From an archaeon (GTDB lineage: Archaea > Iainarchaeota > Iainarchaeia > Iainarchaeales > JANQMZ01): DNA of 32,000 nt. How positions within the stretch are numbered: the stretch's first letter is position 1; each line of letters starts with the position of its first letter. The notes below the pieces were generated by a model. That model searched no databases, was not told the origin of the DNA, and was given only the letters and a program-made list of their open reading frames with translations. The translations under genes were made by a program, and so were the position numbers. The stretch spans positions 360,001 through 392,000 of the forward strand of contig JANQMZ010000007.1 of NCBI GenBank assembly GCA_028279805.1. The letters are read 5' to 3'. This document shows, in pieces, positions 10,401 through 21,000 of the stretch.

Positions 10401-13400
10401 TAGAACCGGGAGAACCTTTGACTGTTAGTGTTGAAAAAGCAGAATTTGAAACACTTGAAGAAACAGTTAATGTTGATTCAAGGGTTGTAGTAATTGACCC
10501 GAACAGTTTAGGCGTTTCATTAAACACAAAAACAGTTTTTTCACAGCAAAAATTTGTTGTAATAAAAAATGAAACAGAGCTTGATTTGAAAATCAAAAAA
10601 GTTGAAATTGAGGGAGACTTCAGAGGATATTTGGATGAAACAGGAATGCAGGACTGGCTGGATTCACAGTACAGCAACAACATCATAGAGGCTGAGGAGG
10701 ATCTGCCTTTAACGTTAAATTTTTCATTAAGCGAGTTGGGAAAAAGCCTGGCAAAAACAGAATCATTGGACGGATTTTTTAACGTGGAGGTTACAACAGG
10801 AGCAACAGACTTTGTTGAAAGCATTCCGGTTAAAATGTCAATAGGGGTTGGAGGAGAAGTTGATAATCCTAACTGTTTTGTTGTGACAAAAAGAAACTGG
10901 GAAACAGGAACAGAGGGTTCCGAAAGAATTTTATCATTTGAAATTGAAAACAATTGTGCAATAAAAGGACAGCCTGTTCCTCTGAAAAATTTAAGCGCAA
11001 TGGTTAAGTGGAATTCAAATCACGTGGGAGATTTTTCACTGCAGGTCGGAGCAAGCCAGCAGGCAGGCCCAAGCCAGATTGAATTAACATCAGGTTTCTT
11101 TAAACTTGTCAGAAACATTGTTGAGGCTGGGGAAAGCATTCCGGCTTCATTAACATTTGTTCCGGACGGAGGAGTTTTGGGAGAAGCAAATGCCACAATA
11201 ATTATCAGGGCAGACAATGAAAAAGCAGGCGGAGCACAGGTTTTGGAAGATAAAATCAATGCAAAAATTGATGTTATAAATTTAACAGAATGCATAAGGT
11301 TTGACAGGGACATTGTAAACCTGAAAGAAGGGAAAGACAGCAAATTTAAAGTTGAAACAAAGTCATGCGGGGGCAAAGTTGACTTTAAATTTGAAAGTCC
11401 TCTTGATATTGACCCGCCTGAAATAACATTACAGGCAACCGATTCAAAAAGCATTACAATTCTGGCAGATGAACAATGGATTACAGGGCAATACCCTATT
11501 TATGTTCTGGCTCGGGGTACACAAGATACACAGTTTTCTTTAAGAAAATTAATCAGGGCAAGAATTCCTTCAACAGGATGTTTTGAATTAAGCTCATACG
11601 AATATGACATTTATGATTCAGCTGATTCGCCTTATGACGGGTTTGATGTAGGAATTTTAACAAACAGATGCAAGGAAACACAGGTTGATGTGACAATACA
11701 GTTTGATGAAAGAGACTGGATGAAAGCAATGGAAGAAGGATTAAAATGGGGTTTAGTCGGAGGAGTTTTAGGATTATTAAATGACGGAGATTTGGATGAC
11801 ATTTTTGACGACCTTCTTGGCAAAAAGAAAAAAGACAATGTAGCAACACAGCCGGAATCATCATCAGGTGAAGAAACAAGCGAGGAAGAAAATGAAGAAA
11901 CACCTGAGGAAACTGAAACAATTGAAGAACAGCAAAGCGAGGAATCACAGGGATTTTTGGTTGACGGTTACTGCGGGGCTGTTGAAGGAGGAATAATACC
12001 CGACTTTATGAATCTTTGCGGTGAAGAAAAAGCTGTAGAGACATCAACCCCAACAGAAGCTCCGATAGAACAGCCTGTTTTGACCGGCAGTGAAGCTTTA
12101 ATGAATGAAGCACTGGAAGCATCAGGATTGCCGATAAGCTTAAGTGAATTGGAGAGCGATTATCCAAACGATTATGATTTGTTCAAAAATACTGTTGAAA
12201 CGGAGAACGAAGGTGCAAACTTTTATTTTGACGGCACAAGATTCTGGACTGTTAACCAGGTGCTGGACAAAATTCACGGAGAACTTGTAAGTGACGCTGC
12301 AAGAGAAAATGCACCAACAGCAACAAATGAAACGGTTGCAACAGAAGAACAGGAATGCCCCGAAGGGCAGTACTGGAATCCGAATAACGGAACATGTGAA
12401 GAGGAAGTTGAGTTTGCAGCGGAAAATGAATCATTGTTAAGGGAACCTGTTGGATTGTTTGTGTTTGCAGGAAATGAAACAGGAATTGATTCAGAAGAAA
12501 AAATAACAGAAGAATCTGAAAATGTTGTTGCGAGTGTTAACCCTGTTGGATTTATTTCACTTGGAGGAATTTTTGAAGGCGGCGGAATCGGAAACGTTTG
12601 GGATATTTTAACGGAAATGGTTGCAGACCCTTTAACAGGATTTACAAACGGATTTTTGATCGGAACATTGTTAACATATTTTGATATGGAAAGCGGAACA
12701 ATTCAGGGAACAGTTATTGTTGAAGACATTAATGTTTCAACAACAACTCCTTTGGAATTATTGGAACCGCCTGGAAGAAATGATATTCCTCTTGCAAGAA
12801 ACATTACTGTTATGGCAGGAGAGGAAAGAACTCAAAGGAATTTGCAGGATATTGCGTTAAGACAGGGAAGAGTTGAATTAATATTTGAAAATGCAGGCAA
12901 CGAAGTGCAGGATAATCCGTTTACACCAATATTCGGAGTATTAAAAGTAACAGGTGAAGAAATTGAATATGTTACAAATTACAGCAATAATAATAGAAGT
13001 GTGCTTGCGGAAGGAAAATTAAGAGAAAAAGAAAGAAAAGATTACAGTGAAAAATTCCACATACAGTTCAATTCTTTTTCACCGGAAGAACAGCCTCCTG
13101 AATTAATTGAAACAAAGTCATGCCAGATTAGAAACCTGAGAGGAGAAACAGGAATAAATGCAAGGCCAAAAGTTTTAATGGAATGGAACTGGTCAGATGT
13201 TCAGGAAAATGCATGTGATTCCGATGGCCTGGGCAATTATTGTGACGCAACACAGTTTTCAATCACTTTACTGAAAAAAATAAAAGAAATAAATGATTTT
13301 TTGGAAACAAGTGCTCCGTTTGAATGCCCTACAAGCACAACAGCTTTAAGTGAAGCTGAACAGGATTTGGATGATTTCAGCAAAGACGTTGCAATAACAG

Positions 13401-15025
13401 GATTAAAAGCACAGCCATCAGCAAATGATTACAAGTTAACAGCAGAACTGGCAAGCAACAACCAGTTTTCAATGGATGTGGATGTAGAATTTGTAATAAA
13501 CAGAATTGATACAACAACAACGGTAACCTGTGAAGAAGGGAATGAACAAACTGTTAACATGACAAGCTTCAGGAATGTTGAATGCACTTTGGTTGGAATA
13601 AACAACGGAGAATTTGAAGCAACTGTTAATATTACACCTGATTTAAGCAGCTGCAGCGGAGGCACCTGTCTGAATGGAGACCTGGACAATGATGATTTGT
13701 CTTTAACTTTTGCCACTGCAGACCAGGGAGAAGGATTACAGCAATGCGAGCCTTATAGTACAGCAAGGCTTGGAGAATTTATGGCAGCCACAGGCCTGGA
13801 AGATTCAGGAATTTTGAAAAAAACAAGCTTTAATGCAAACCTGATGAGAGACGGTTATACGCATGATTTCCAGAAAGACTTTCACGAGTTTGCCACAACA
13901 AAAGCATTTTTCCAGACACCCGGTTATTATGAAAGTGAAGGATTAGGAGAATATTTTTCAAACCCGGATTTGTTCAAATTTGACTCGCCTTTACTGGTAA
14001 GCCCGAATTCACCACTGCCGGCAGGCAAGTACAGGGTTACAATTGACATAACATATGATGATGATTCATGGGAATTGTTTGAAAATGACCAGCCAAATGC
14101 AAAAATTACAGTTGAATTGGAAAAACTGGCAACACCTCAGCCGGATTCACCGTTTTATTATCTGCCGTTTAACGGTTTGGTCGGAGTTGACACTGCAAAC
14201 GGAAGGCAGGGTTATGGTGTGAATTATGTGCAGGGAACACAGGAAGAAATAAGAATAAATGACGATGTACAACAGCTTGTTGTAAGTGAATCAATTCCAA
14301 ACTCTAATCCGGTTCAGAACGGTTTGATTACAACAAGAAAAATTGAAGATTTCAGAACGCTTAACATGGATAACAGGGGAATTGTTTTGGATGTTTCAAG
14401 AACCGGAAGCACTAATGCTTTAACATTCAGCCCTGGAAGAGCTTCACCTCTGTTAATGAAAGTCACAGGAGGAGACAGTGACAAAGCTTATGCATTTTAT
14501 TCAATGAATTTAGGCGGAACACCACAGGATATTGGTTCGTCCTTAACAGTCTGGGACGGAATAACAAGAGGATGTAAAGATTTCCTGGATCAGGAATTAA
14601 GTGAACATTACCTGCAGAGAACAGATGTTCAGGGTGGGGTAGGATTAACAGAATGTTCCGGAACATTTGACCAGACAGAATATGGATTGGAATGGTGCAA
14701 TACTAAAAACAGCGGAGATGTTTACCTGCAAACCGTTTTCTTCACACCTTTAAACAAAACAGCAACATTAAGCATGATTTCATCACAGGACGACGCAGTG
14801 TTTTATGATGCCGGAAGCAATGAAACAACACAGGTTGACTTGGATCAGTCAGCTCAGACAATTGACAATGTAAAAGCTGTGCTGGATTTAATAACATCTG
14901 AAGATGTTTGTGTTAACGGATTCGGAAACGGGTCAGCTGCAAGATTTTTCTGGAACCCTGAAAAAATAATTAACGGTGCATACAGCGGGGTTAAAGCTGC
15001 AATACCGGCTTCATGCATACAGTAA
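7406..15025 (+). CDS. Giant membrane-anchored surface protein, paralog 2 of 3 (2539 aa); uncharacterised family
   Basis: ATG at 7406 is preceded by GAGGT (7393-7397) at 8-nt spacing. It has a conserved N-terminal leader (aa 1-44) and one TM (FALFSGIILILVGWGLFALVFG, nt 7538-7603). Beta-sandwich modules follow (e.g. LQAVVKDQDGNPVADAKVSLFDD...SEGEAVFSGVQTGSYKVFAYKGQF). The core starts at KFLGLF (~9232) and carries the blocks SKWVNILW, CSDVWC, GQPVPLKNLSAMVKW, YCDATQFSI, LMRDGYTHDFQKDF, SPFYYLPFNG..NGRQGYGVNY and FFWNPEK. Many N-x-S/T sequons and paired Cys residues suggest an extracytoplasmic location. Confidence 0.93.
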   Translation: MGLADGFKDLYYKWEDKWYGFLDKVQERIPVYKVIDPIDKVVPSFALFSGIILILVGWGLFALVFGTIQQSVFSVQIVDADGQPVEGINVSFSYNETTDTFPTNQSGSTAPVTVTPGTNVTVSFFASGFGEIEKNYTTEGGLDRRRIPLTERDAGQRVYRFQVLDSLNRPVDTSVRLEFDCSNASATAPDDQTVFESNVEVPVPNDCGQLSVKAYASGYDSGSRQNVSDGGQILLAGEETGLLPAGSGELNVNLTFNSLRVLDLVNVQVYKSTLGEGVKYDSGTSVSGEINFVLPAGNYYIVTDATTKYASARTLAFLVQEGQTISVDVALSGSVDGFIKVKPVDKISGAELDDTGITVKKDGQEVCFVTTTEQDSTVQCGGKESEEYTLIGYKEGYCREVKENVLISDNVITLKMTRDTGQCGGKLQAVVKDQDGNPVADAKVSLFDDERKSLGFLERITNSEGEAVFSGVQTGSYKVFAYKGQFSGWSDAQRFVRDFDDETLYEVSMLIPDGTIRVVVKNEDGEPEQFSTVLLVDGITWKAVEGPLPVTSPDGVLDIVTKADKDVFAVVTKNDFADFTSRVYNVKPESVQEINVTLEPEIISGDLDVKFLGLFKGDLIAQVVQPGKEYAARFQLRIPENKGYDELGLHVRTGHSNAMETDEWFIKKLNAPEASDERSTAFNPEEGQEHDEEFVSRAGSKWVNILWHDFDNRTGIIESEVIVKVKENAGEEPFLPLRWRAWGEDGGEIIRSPKDNSLGTSSSASDLYANTNGEEFEVGSETLCSDVWCFNANILDVSENLVETVSDSYTAKHNTLYKLTFSVLNNSQFDTDSFNDAQLQIINDDEAILIGEYSVTGADGSTITNDLSDYETPLINAGDVKPRKDVSGYFFFKPELSVNSDLVLQVRSGNRIRFEKTITVDILAPNSFNMEFEHDDKFSQQPPILKSGIEQNLRVRASDAANGEFVQNADIKAKNRFGDVLVTATTNELGIGVLSLPALEPGEPLTVSVEKAEFETLEETVNVDSRVVVIDPNSLGVSLNTKTVFSQQKFVVIKNETELDLKIKKVEIEGDFRGYLDETGMQDWLDSQYSNNIIEAEEDLPLTLNFSLSELGKSLAKTESLDGFFNVEVTTGATDFVESIPVKMSIGVGGEVDNPNCFVVTKRNWETGTEGSERILSFEIENNCAIKGQPVPLKNLSAMVKWNSNHVGDFSLQVGASQQAGPSQIELTSGFFKLVRNIVEAGESIPASLTFVPDGGVLGEANATIIIRADNEKAGGAQVLEDKINAKIDVINLTECIRFDRDIVNLKEGKDSKFKVETKSCGGKVDFKFESPLDIDPPEITLQATDSKSITILADEQWITGQYPIYVLARGTQDTQFSLRKLIRARIPSTGCFELSSYEYDIYDSADSPYDGFDVGILTNRCKETQVDVTIQFDERDWMKAMEEGLKWGLVGGVLGLLNDGDLDDIFDDLLGKKKKDNVATQPESSSGEETSEEENEETPEETETIEEQQSEESQGFLVDGYCGAVEGGIIPDFMNLCGEEKAVETSTPTEAPIEQPVLTGSEALMNEALEASGLPISLSELESDYPNDYDLFKNTVETENEGANFYFDGTRFWTVNQVLDKIHGELVSDAARENAPTATNETVATEEQECPEGQYWNPNNGTCEEEVEFAAENESLLREPVGLFVFAGNETGIDSEEKITEESENVVASVNPVGFISLGGIFEGGGIGNVWDILTEMVADPLTGFTNGFLIGTLLTYFDMESGTIQGTVIVEDINVSTTTPLELLEPPGRNDIPLARNITVMAGEERTQRNLQDIALRQGRVELIFENAGNEVQDNPFTPIFGVLKVTGEEIEYVTNYSNNNRSVLAEGKLREKERKDYSEKFHIQFNSFSPEEQPPELIETKSCQIRNLRGETGINARPKVLMEWNWSDVQENACDSDGLGNYCDATQFSITLLKKIKEINDFLETSAPFECPTSTTALSEAEQDLDDFSKDVAITGLKAQPSANDYKLTAELASNNQFSMDVDVEFVINRIDTTTTVTCEEGNEQTVNMTSFRNVECTLVGINNGEFEATVNITPDLSSCSGGTCLNGDLDNDDLSLTFATADQGEGLQQCEPYSTARLGEFMAATGLEDSGILKKTSFNANLMRDGYTHDFQKDFHEFATTKAFFQTPGYYESEGLGEYFSNPDLFKFDSPLLVSPNSPLPAGKYRVTIDITYDDDSWELFENDQPNAKITVELEKLATPQPDSPFYYLPFNGLVGVDTANGRQGYGVNYVQGTQEEIRINDDVQQLVVSESIPNSNPVQNGLITTRKIEDFRTLNMDNRGIVLDVSRTGSTNALTFSPGRASPLLMKVTGGDSDKAYAFYSMNLGGTPQDIGSSLTVWDGITRGCKDFLDQELSEHYLQRTDVQGGVGLTECSGTFDQTEYGLEWCNTKNSGDVYLQTVFFTPLNKTATLSMISSQDDAVFYDAGSNETTQVDLDQSAQTIDNVKAVLDLITSEDVCVNGFGNGSAARFFWNPEKIINGAYSGVKAAIPASCIQ
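7538..7603 (+). other. Signal-anchor transmembrane helix of giant paralog 2; conserved cytoplasmic leader at 7406-7537
   Basis: FALFSGIILILVGWGLFALVFG is the only strongly hydrophobic stretch near the N-terminus. It is preceded by a charged leader with Lys and Arg residues, which fits an N-in orientation. Confidence 0.7.
11822..11953 (+). other. Acidic low-complexity linker inside giant paralog 2
   Basis: The translation is KKKKDNVATQPESSSGEETSEEENEETPEETETIEEQQSEESQG. Paralogs 1 and 3 have no counterpart. Confidence 0.8.
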
Positions 15026-15028
15026 CGG

Positions 15029-15038
15029 AGTTTAAATT
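15029..15038 (+). promoter_or_regulatory. TATA-like element upstream of giant paralog 3
   Basis: GTTTAAATTA lies ~30-39 nt upstream of ATG 15068. A T5 run (15051-15055) lies between it and the ATG. Confidence 0.3.
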
Positions 15039-15067
15039 AATGAAATGGCTTTTTCAAAGGCGTTGTA

Positions 15068-18000
15068 ATGGGTTTAAAGGAAATTTATTTTGAGTGGGAA
15101 AATAAATGGTACGATTTTTTAGACAAGGCTAATGAAAAAATTCCTATATACAAAATAATTGACCCTGTTGACAAAATTGTCCCAAGTTTTGCATTGTTTT
15201 TGAGCATTATTGGAATTCTTGTTTTATGGGGAGCTTTTATTTTGTTATTGCCCGGCGTTGCATTAACATTAACATTTGAAGATTCTTTGGGAAACCCGGT
15301 TTCAGGCTTAAATGTTACATATTCTTTTGGAGCCGGAACAGCTACAGCGTTAACCAATTCAAGCGGAATGCTTGACCTGCGCGTTCCTCCAAATTCAACT
15401 GTTGAAATAATTGTGGAAGAACAGACTGTGAACGGAACAGGTATTCAGAGAAAAACTGAATTTTTTGAAATGGGAGAGGAAAATTTAAGCAGAACAGTTT
15501 CTTTGAGAACGGGTTCGGCTTTGTTTTCAGGTGAAAAAACTTTAATTTTTGAAGATGCTTTTGGAATAATAACAGGAGAACCAATTAAAGCAAACTTTTC
15601 ATGCTCTGATTCTTCAGTGGAAGACTGGGTTAAAGAAGATTCGGATGAAGACGGAAGAATTTCATTTGAAGTGCCGGAAGAATGTGAAAGGCTTACCATA
15701 AATGTAAACGAATCAGAATATGAAGCCAAAACAATTGTTTTTTCAGGTGAAGAAACACAGGTTGTTGTTCTTGTAAAAGAAATGCCTCCCGGAGGAACAC
15801 TTGAAGTTGAAATAAGAGATGAAAATGATAAAATTGTTTCATCAGATTTTTTGATAACAGTAACAGGCCTGGATGAAACACAAAAACAAAATGTTTCTTA
15901 TGGTGCAACAGCATTTGAAGATTTGATTCCCGGAACATACACTGTTAGTGTTTCAGACAACAGCGGAGAATACAGTTCGGGTTATGTTTCAAGCGTTGTG
16001 GTTAATTCAGGTGAAACAACAAAAACAGAGATTCTGATAAGCAAAAACATTAAAGGAACAATAAAAGTAACAGTAAAAGACAAGGTTTCCGGAAGCATTG
16101 TTGAAAATGCAGTTGTACAATTACAGGATGAATTAGGCGTTTTAATAACTGAAAAAAACACGGGAGAATTGGCTGAAACAGTTCAATTTTTGTTGTTTGA
16201 AGGAACCGATTTTCAGGTTATGGCAAAAAAAGCCGGAGACATTGGAACAGGTTATTTTGCAAACATTGTTGAAAATGTTAAGCTGAATGACAATATTATA
16301 ATAGAAATTGAAAAAATGACTCCTGCCAATACCGGCAGAATAAAGGTAAATGTAACAGATGAATCCGGAAAAAAAGTTTCAGGTGCACTGGTTTATTTAA
16401 GATATGCTGAAGATGACAGCATTATTAACATTTCAGATTCTGATGCAATAGGAAACGCAAAAGAAACAGATTTGGAAGGAGAAGCAAATTTTTTGCTGAA
16501 TGTTTTTGACAAAGAAGTTTACCCTTTTGCAGTTAAATATCCGGCGCAGGCCGGTTCAAAAGAAAATGCAAGACTTCTGGATGAAAGAGAGGAAAATGTT
16601 TTCAATATTCAGATGGTTATCGGGGAAAGTGTTTTGAAAATAAAAGCGGTTGATGAAACCGGTTTGCTTGTACCGGAATCATTTTACCAGATTTTTAAAT
16701 CAAACGGGGAAAAACTTGTGGGAACACAGACACTTGTGACCGGGGAAGGGTCGTATACTTTAAAAGCTGATGAAAAAATTTTTATAATTGCAGAAAATGA
16801 AAATTTTCAGTCATACCAGAGCAATGTAATACAGTTATGGCCAAAACAGGATTTTGAAATAACCGCAAAACTGTTGCCAAAACTTTTGGCAGGCCCTCCT
16901 GAAATAAAATTTTTAGGATTATTTAATGATAAAAAATCCGTTACAACACCTTTGGCCGGAAAAACTTATTCCGCAAGATTTGAATTAACAATGCCCGTGG
17001 GGGAAGATATTGACAAAGCCGGAGTGCATGTGAGGGCAGGTGATACAAAATATTTTGAAAATGACGCGTTATACATTAACAATGTAAAAGCTTCAAATTA
17101 TTCGGCTGTAATAAGAGGAAAAAGTTTTGATTCTCCTCTTGGAGAAAATGAAGAATTAACAGAGGGGAAGGCAAAATGGGTTAACATTGAATGGGAAAAC
17201 CCGTTAAAAACAACAACAGAATTTGAAGTTGATTTGACTGTTAAGCCTGATACTGAAAGCCAGGAACCGTTGCATTTGAATTACAGGGCCTGGATTAAAA
17301 CAGGTGATGGAAAAATTTTAAGACAACCTGAAGACATTGTCCTGGGGCTTGGAGGAAGTAATGCAACACGCAATGAATTGTATGCTGAAACCGAATCAGC
17401 TTTATGGTTTGAGGGCGTGAACAACTTATGTTCAGGAGAATTTTGCCTGGATTTGGAAGAATTATTCGGGTTCAGGGAACAATTGTTTGTTGAAAAAAAA
17501 GATGTAATTGTTTCATCCGATTATAATTATTCTTTCAGGATAAGAAATGATTCTGATGACAAATATGATTCAGTTGAATTTTTTGCCGAAAGCATTGATT
17601 TGGACGGAGAACAGGATGACGGATTATTGTTAAAAGATTATAAAATTAAAACAGGTTCAGGCAACTTTGTTCAGGGCTCTGAATTAAATGGTTTTAAAAT
17701 TGACGGAGTTGACCTGGAAGAATTTTCAAAAGGAGAAAGCATTACTGGGGAAATTACTTTAATGCCTCAGAAAGCCAAAGCAAACCATTTGAGAATATGG
17801 ATTGTGGCTGACAAAAGAATTGTTTTCGATTCAGAGGAAGAAAATAAATTGATTTTTAATGCGGAAGATGAAGATGTTCTGAATATGGAAATTGTTCCGG
17901 AAACAATTCCTGCTTTTCTGGGAACTGAGTTAAGCATTAATTTTACGGATGAAAAAGACAAGGCTGTTGAAAACGTTTTAGTTTCAGTTAAAATTAATGC

Positions 18001-21000
18001 TCCGGGCTATTCAAATACTTTGAATTATTCTTCAAATGAATTTGGAAATGTTAAAGTTAATTTGCTTGGAAGGCCTCCGGGAACAACAATAAAAATTACA
18101 GGCCAAAAAACAGGGTTTAAACTGGCAGTAAAAGAATTTGAAATAAATCCGGACCCTTTAACCGTTTCAGGAAAATTAAACTTTTCACTTAACACTCAAA
18201 CAGTAAAAGAAGATTCAAAAGAAATAACAATAAAGAATGAAACAGCTGAAGATTTTGAAATAATTGACATGTTTTTGAGCATTGAAAATGTTCCAGGGAT
18301 TGAAGCATTGGACCAGGGAAGAATTTTGGCACATTTGGAGTCACTGGAAGGCATAATAGTTGAACAGGATTCTGAAAAACTTTTAACAATCAAGGCAATG
18401 TTAAGGCAGGATGCACAACAATTAATTTCAGACAATGTAAGCCTTGACGGCACTCTGACAATAATTGTGAAAAATAACAGGTTTAATTTTAACCATGCTC
18501 TGACTCTTGATGAAAAAATTTCAATAAAAGTAGGCGCAACACCGGATGATATTGGAAACGGATGTGTTTTTGTTGAAGGAATAAATGTTCCTGAATGGGA
18601 GTCATCAACGCTTGGTTCTCCTGCAAGAACACAGTTTGACATTATAAACAGATGCCGTTCAGGTTCTGTTCCAATAGAACTGGAAAAAATAAGGGCAAAA
18701 TTAAATTTGGGTGCAACACCATCCGGAATGGGAACAGTTAACCTGCAGATTGGTTCCACAACAAGTGAATTGCCTCCAAACAGGTGGGTTGATATTTTGT
18801 TCGCAGTTGAACCTGAAAAACCTTATTCTGCAACTTTGATTTTTACTCCGAGAGCAACCCAAAACTTTTTGGGGGAAAGAGCAGATTTTGAAATTGAATG
18901 GGATGCAATTGTAATAGCTGACGGAAAAGAAACATCTGTTGAAGTTGTTAAAGACATTCAGGCAGAAATAGGAATTCTGGATTTACAGCAATGCCTTGAG
19001 TTTGATGGAAGAGTTGTGCTTGGAAGCTTTAGGGATACAACTGATTTTTCAATTGAAAATGTTTGCAACAATGTTACACTAAATATTGATTTGTGCAAAA
19101 ATGACCCGGGATGCAAAGGAGGTACAACCGAGGGAGGAATAGAATTTCCGGATTCGAGAGATAGACGATTTAATCTGGCTTCAGGTGAACAAAGAATAAT
19201 TGAGGTTGGACGAGGGCCAAGAGATATTCCGGGAATTTACGGAATAGGAATTCATGCAGGAGTACGGGGCGGGAACACAGCATTCCGTTCCCAGATAAAA
19301 GCCGGAGAAATTGATTTAATTGTTGAACCATCACCATCAGATTATTTTTATTTTAAAAACCATAATTATGATTTTGAATTAATTGGTTTGGGAGCATCGG
19401 ATGAAAAAACACTTGTAAACACAATGTTACTGGAAACACCGAGAATAAGGGCAAATTATTGCCAGCTTGACAGAGCAGCAGGAAGCAATACTTATTATGA
19501 AGAATCTTTTCAGGTTGCTACAGCCATACTAACCGTTGGAGGTTTGTCAGCATGGCTTCCGGCAGTAATAGCAGTTGGTGTGGCAGCATTGCTTGACCTG
19601 TTTGGAATTGGTGACACGGATTGCAGTGACCGGTCGGATGTTGTTCCATGGCAGGATTTTGTGATAAGATTGGGTGATAATATTGAAAGTGATTGTGGCA
19701 CAATTACAACTGACCGAGGAATAATTGAAGTTCAGGGCTTTAATGATTTTACAGGGGAATGGGTTGGCCCTGCTGAAACAAGCAAAATTGGTTCAAATTT
19801 AAGTGAAGAAATTGGGTTAAAGTTTACAAACAATTCAGGAGCAGAATTTGAAAAACCAACATATGCAATCGGAGTAATACAGGCAAAAGAACATATTCAT
19901 GGTGATTCTCTGCATACCTGGGACATTAATCCGGGGCAAAAGCCTCATGATATTCGCGGGAAAGGAAGATTGTGTCCGACATTTGTTCCGGACAGTGACA
20001 CTACAACATATGAGCAAAAATTGCATTTAAGGTTTAAAACAAAAGCATTGCCTGAAGAAGGATTAATTGCAAAAGAAGCACAGCAATGCGTGTCAGACTT
20101 TAAAGTGGGGCACACCGGTTCAAATGCTTTGCCAAAAATTGAATTAAACTGGGAATGGGGTTCAAACGGAATTCAGGCTGACTCATGTGATGCTGATAAT
20201 CCTGAAGGAATTTACTGTGATGCAACACAGTTTTCAATAGCTTTAAGCAAAAAAATTAATACTTTTGATGAATTTTTAGCTGCAAACAATTACGATTTTG
20301 CATGCCCTGACAACTGGCCTGACATTCAGGCAAATGAAGCTGCTGAAAATGAAAATAATGAAAATTCAAGCCAGTCAATTCAAAACGGAAAAATTGGTTT
20401 AAGTAACCTGGCTCACAGCCTGTCAGGAGAAAATGCAACAATAATTGCAACAATTCAGAATAAAGGTTCGGAAGCTTCAACTGCAACCGTTTCAATGACA
20501 ATAAATGGCCCGGATGGTTATTCTGATTCATGTGATGTTACAAGCGGGAGCATTGATTCTGGAAACAATGCAAATGTTGAATGTGATTTCACAGGATTAA
20601 AAGTTGTGCCTGACGATTTTTATTCAGTGGCAGCACAGGTTACAGATTCAAATCCTGTTGAAAAACAGGACTCTGTTCTGACAAGAACTTTTACAAACTT
20701 TGGTTCAAGCTCAAGCTGTTGGCTTGAGAGAAGCACAAGAAAAGTTGGAGAAACACAGTTAATTGAATTATGGTTAAATGAAAACCTGGCTCAAACCGGG
20801 CAATACGTAAATGAAAACAATGTTGTCTGGACAACAAATGTGTCTGGCTTTGAAGCATTGCATGACTTGCTGCATTTCAGGGCTCAATTAATCAGGGATG
20901 GTTATACTTCTGATTTCAGAAAAGATTTTGCAGAATTTTATACAACTTCAAGTTTTTTTGATGCACCTGGCTGGTTTGCATCCGATTCAACAGGAAAACT

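Noticed and set aside
10069-10953. Long antisense ORFs inside the giant and other genes. Examples are 294 aa at 10069-10953, 214 aa at 9352-9996, 187 aa at 18196-18759, 216 aa at 27671-28321, 165 aa at 24062-24559 and 168 aa at 24979-25485, all on the minus strand.
   Set aside because: They lie fully inside much longer sense ORFs that have clear domain structure and paralog conservation. Their products are low-complexity (Ser/Phe/Leu/Lys-rich), as expected from the reverse complement of GAA/AAA/GAT-rich codons. They have no promoter or SD context and are typical shadow ORFs.
15011-15025. C-termini ...ASCIQ (giant 2) and ...NSCIG (giant 3, 22106-22120) as CaaX-like lipidation boxes, or as archaeosortase (PGF-CTERM-type) signals.
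   Set aside because: The Cys is at position -3, not -4, and the location is probably extracellular. There is no C-terminal TM helix or PGF/PEF motif. The Cys more likely pairs with the conserved Cys ~40 residues upstream (VCVNG / LCVSE), which paralog 1 retains without the tail.
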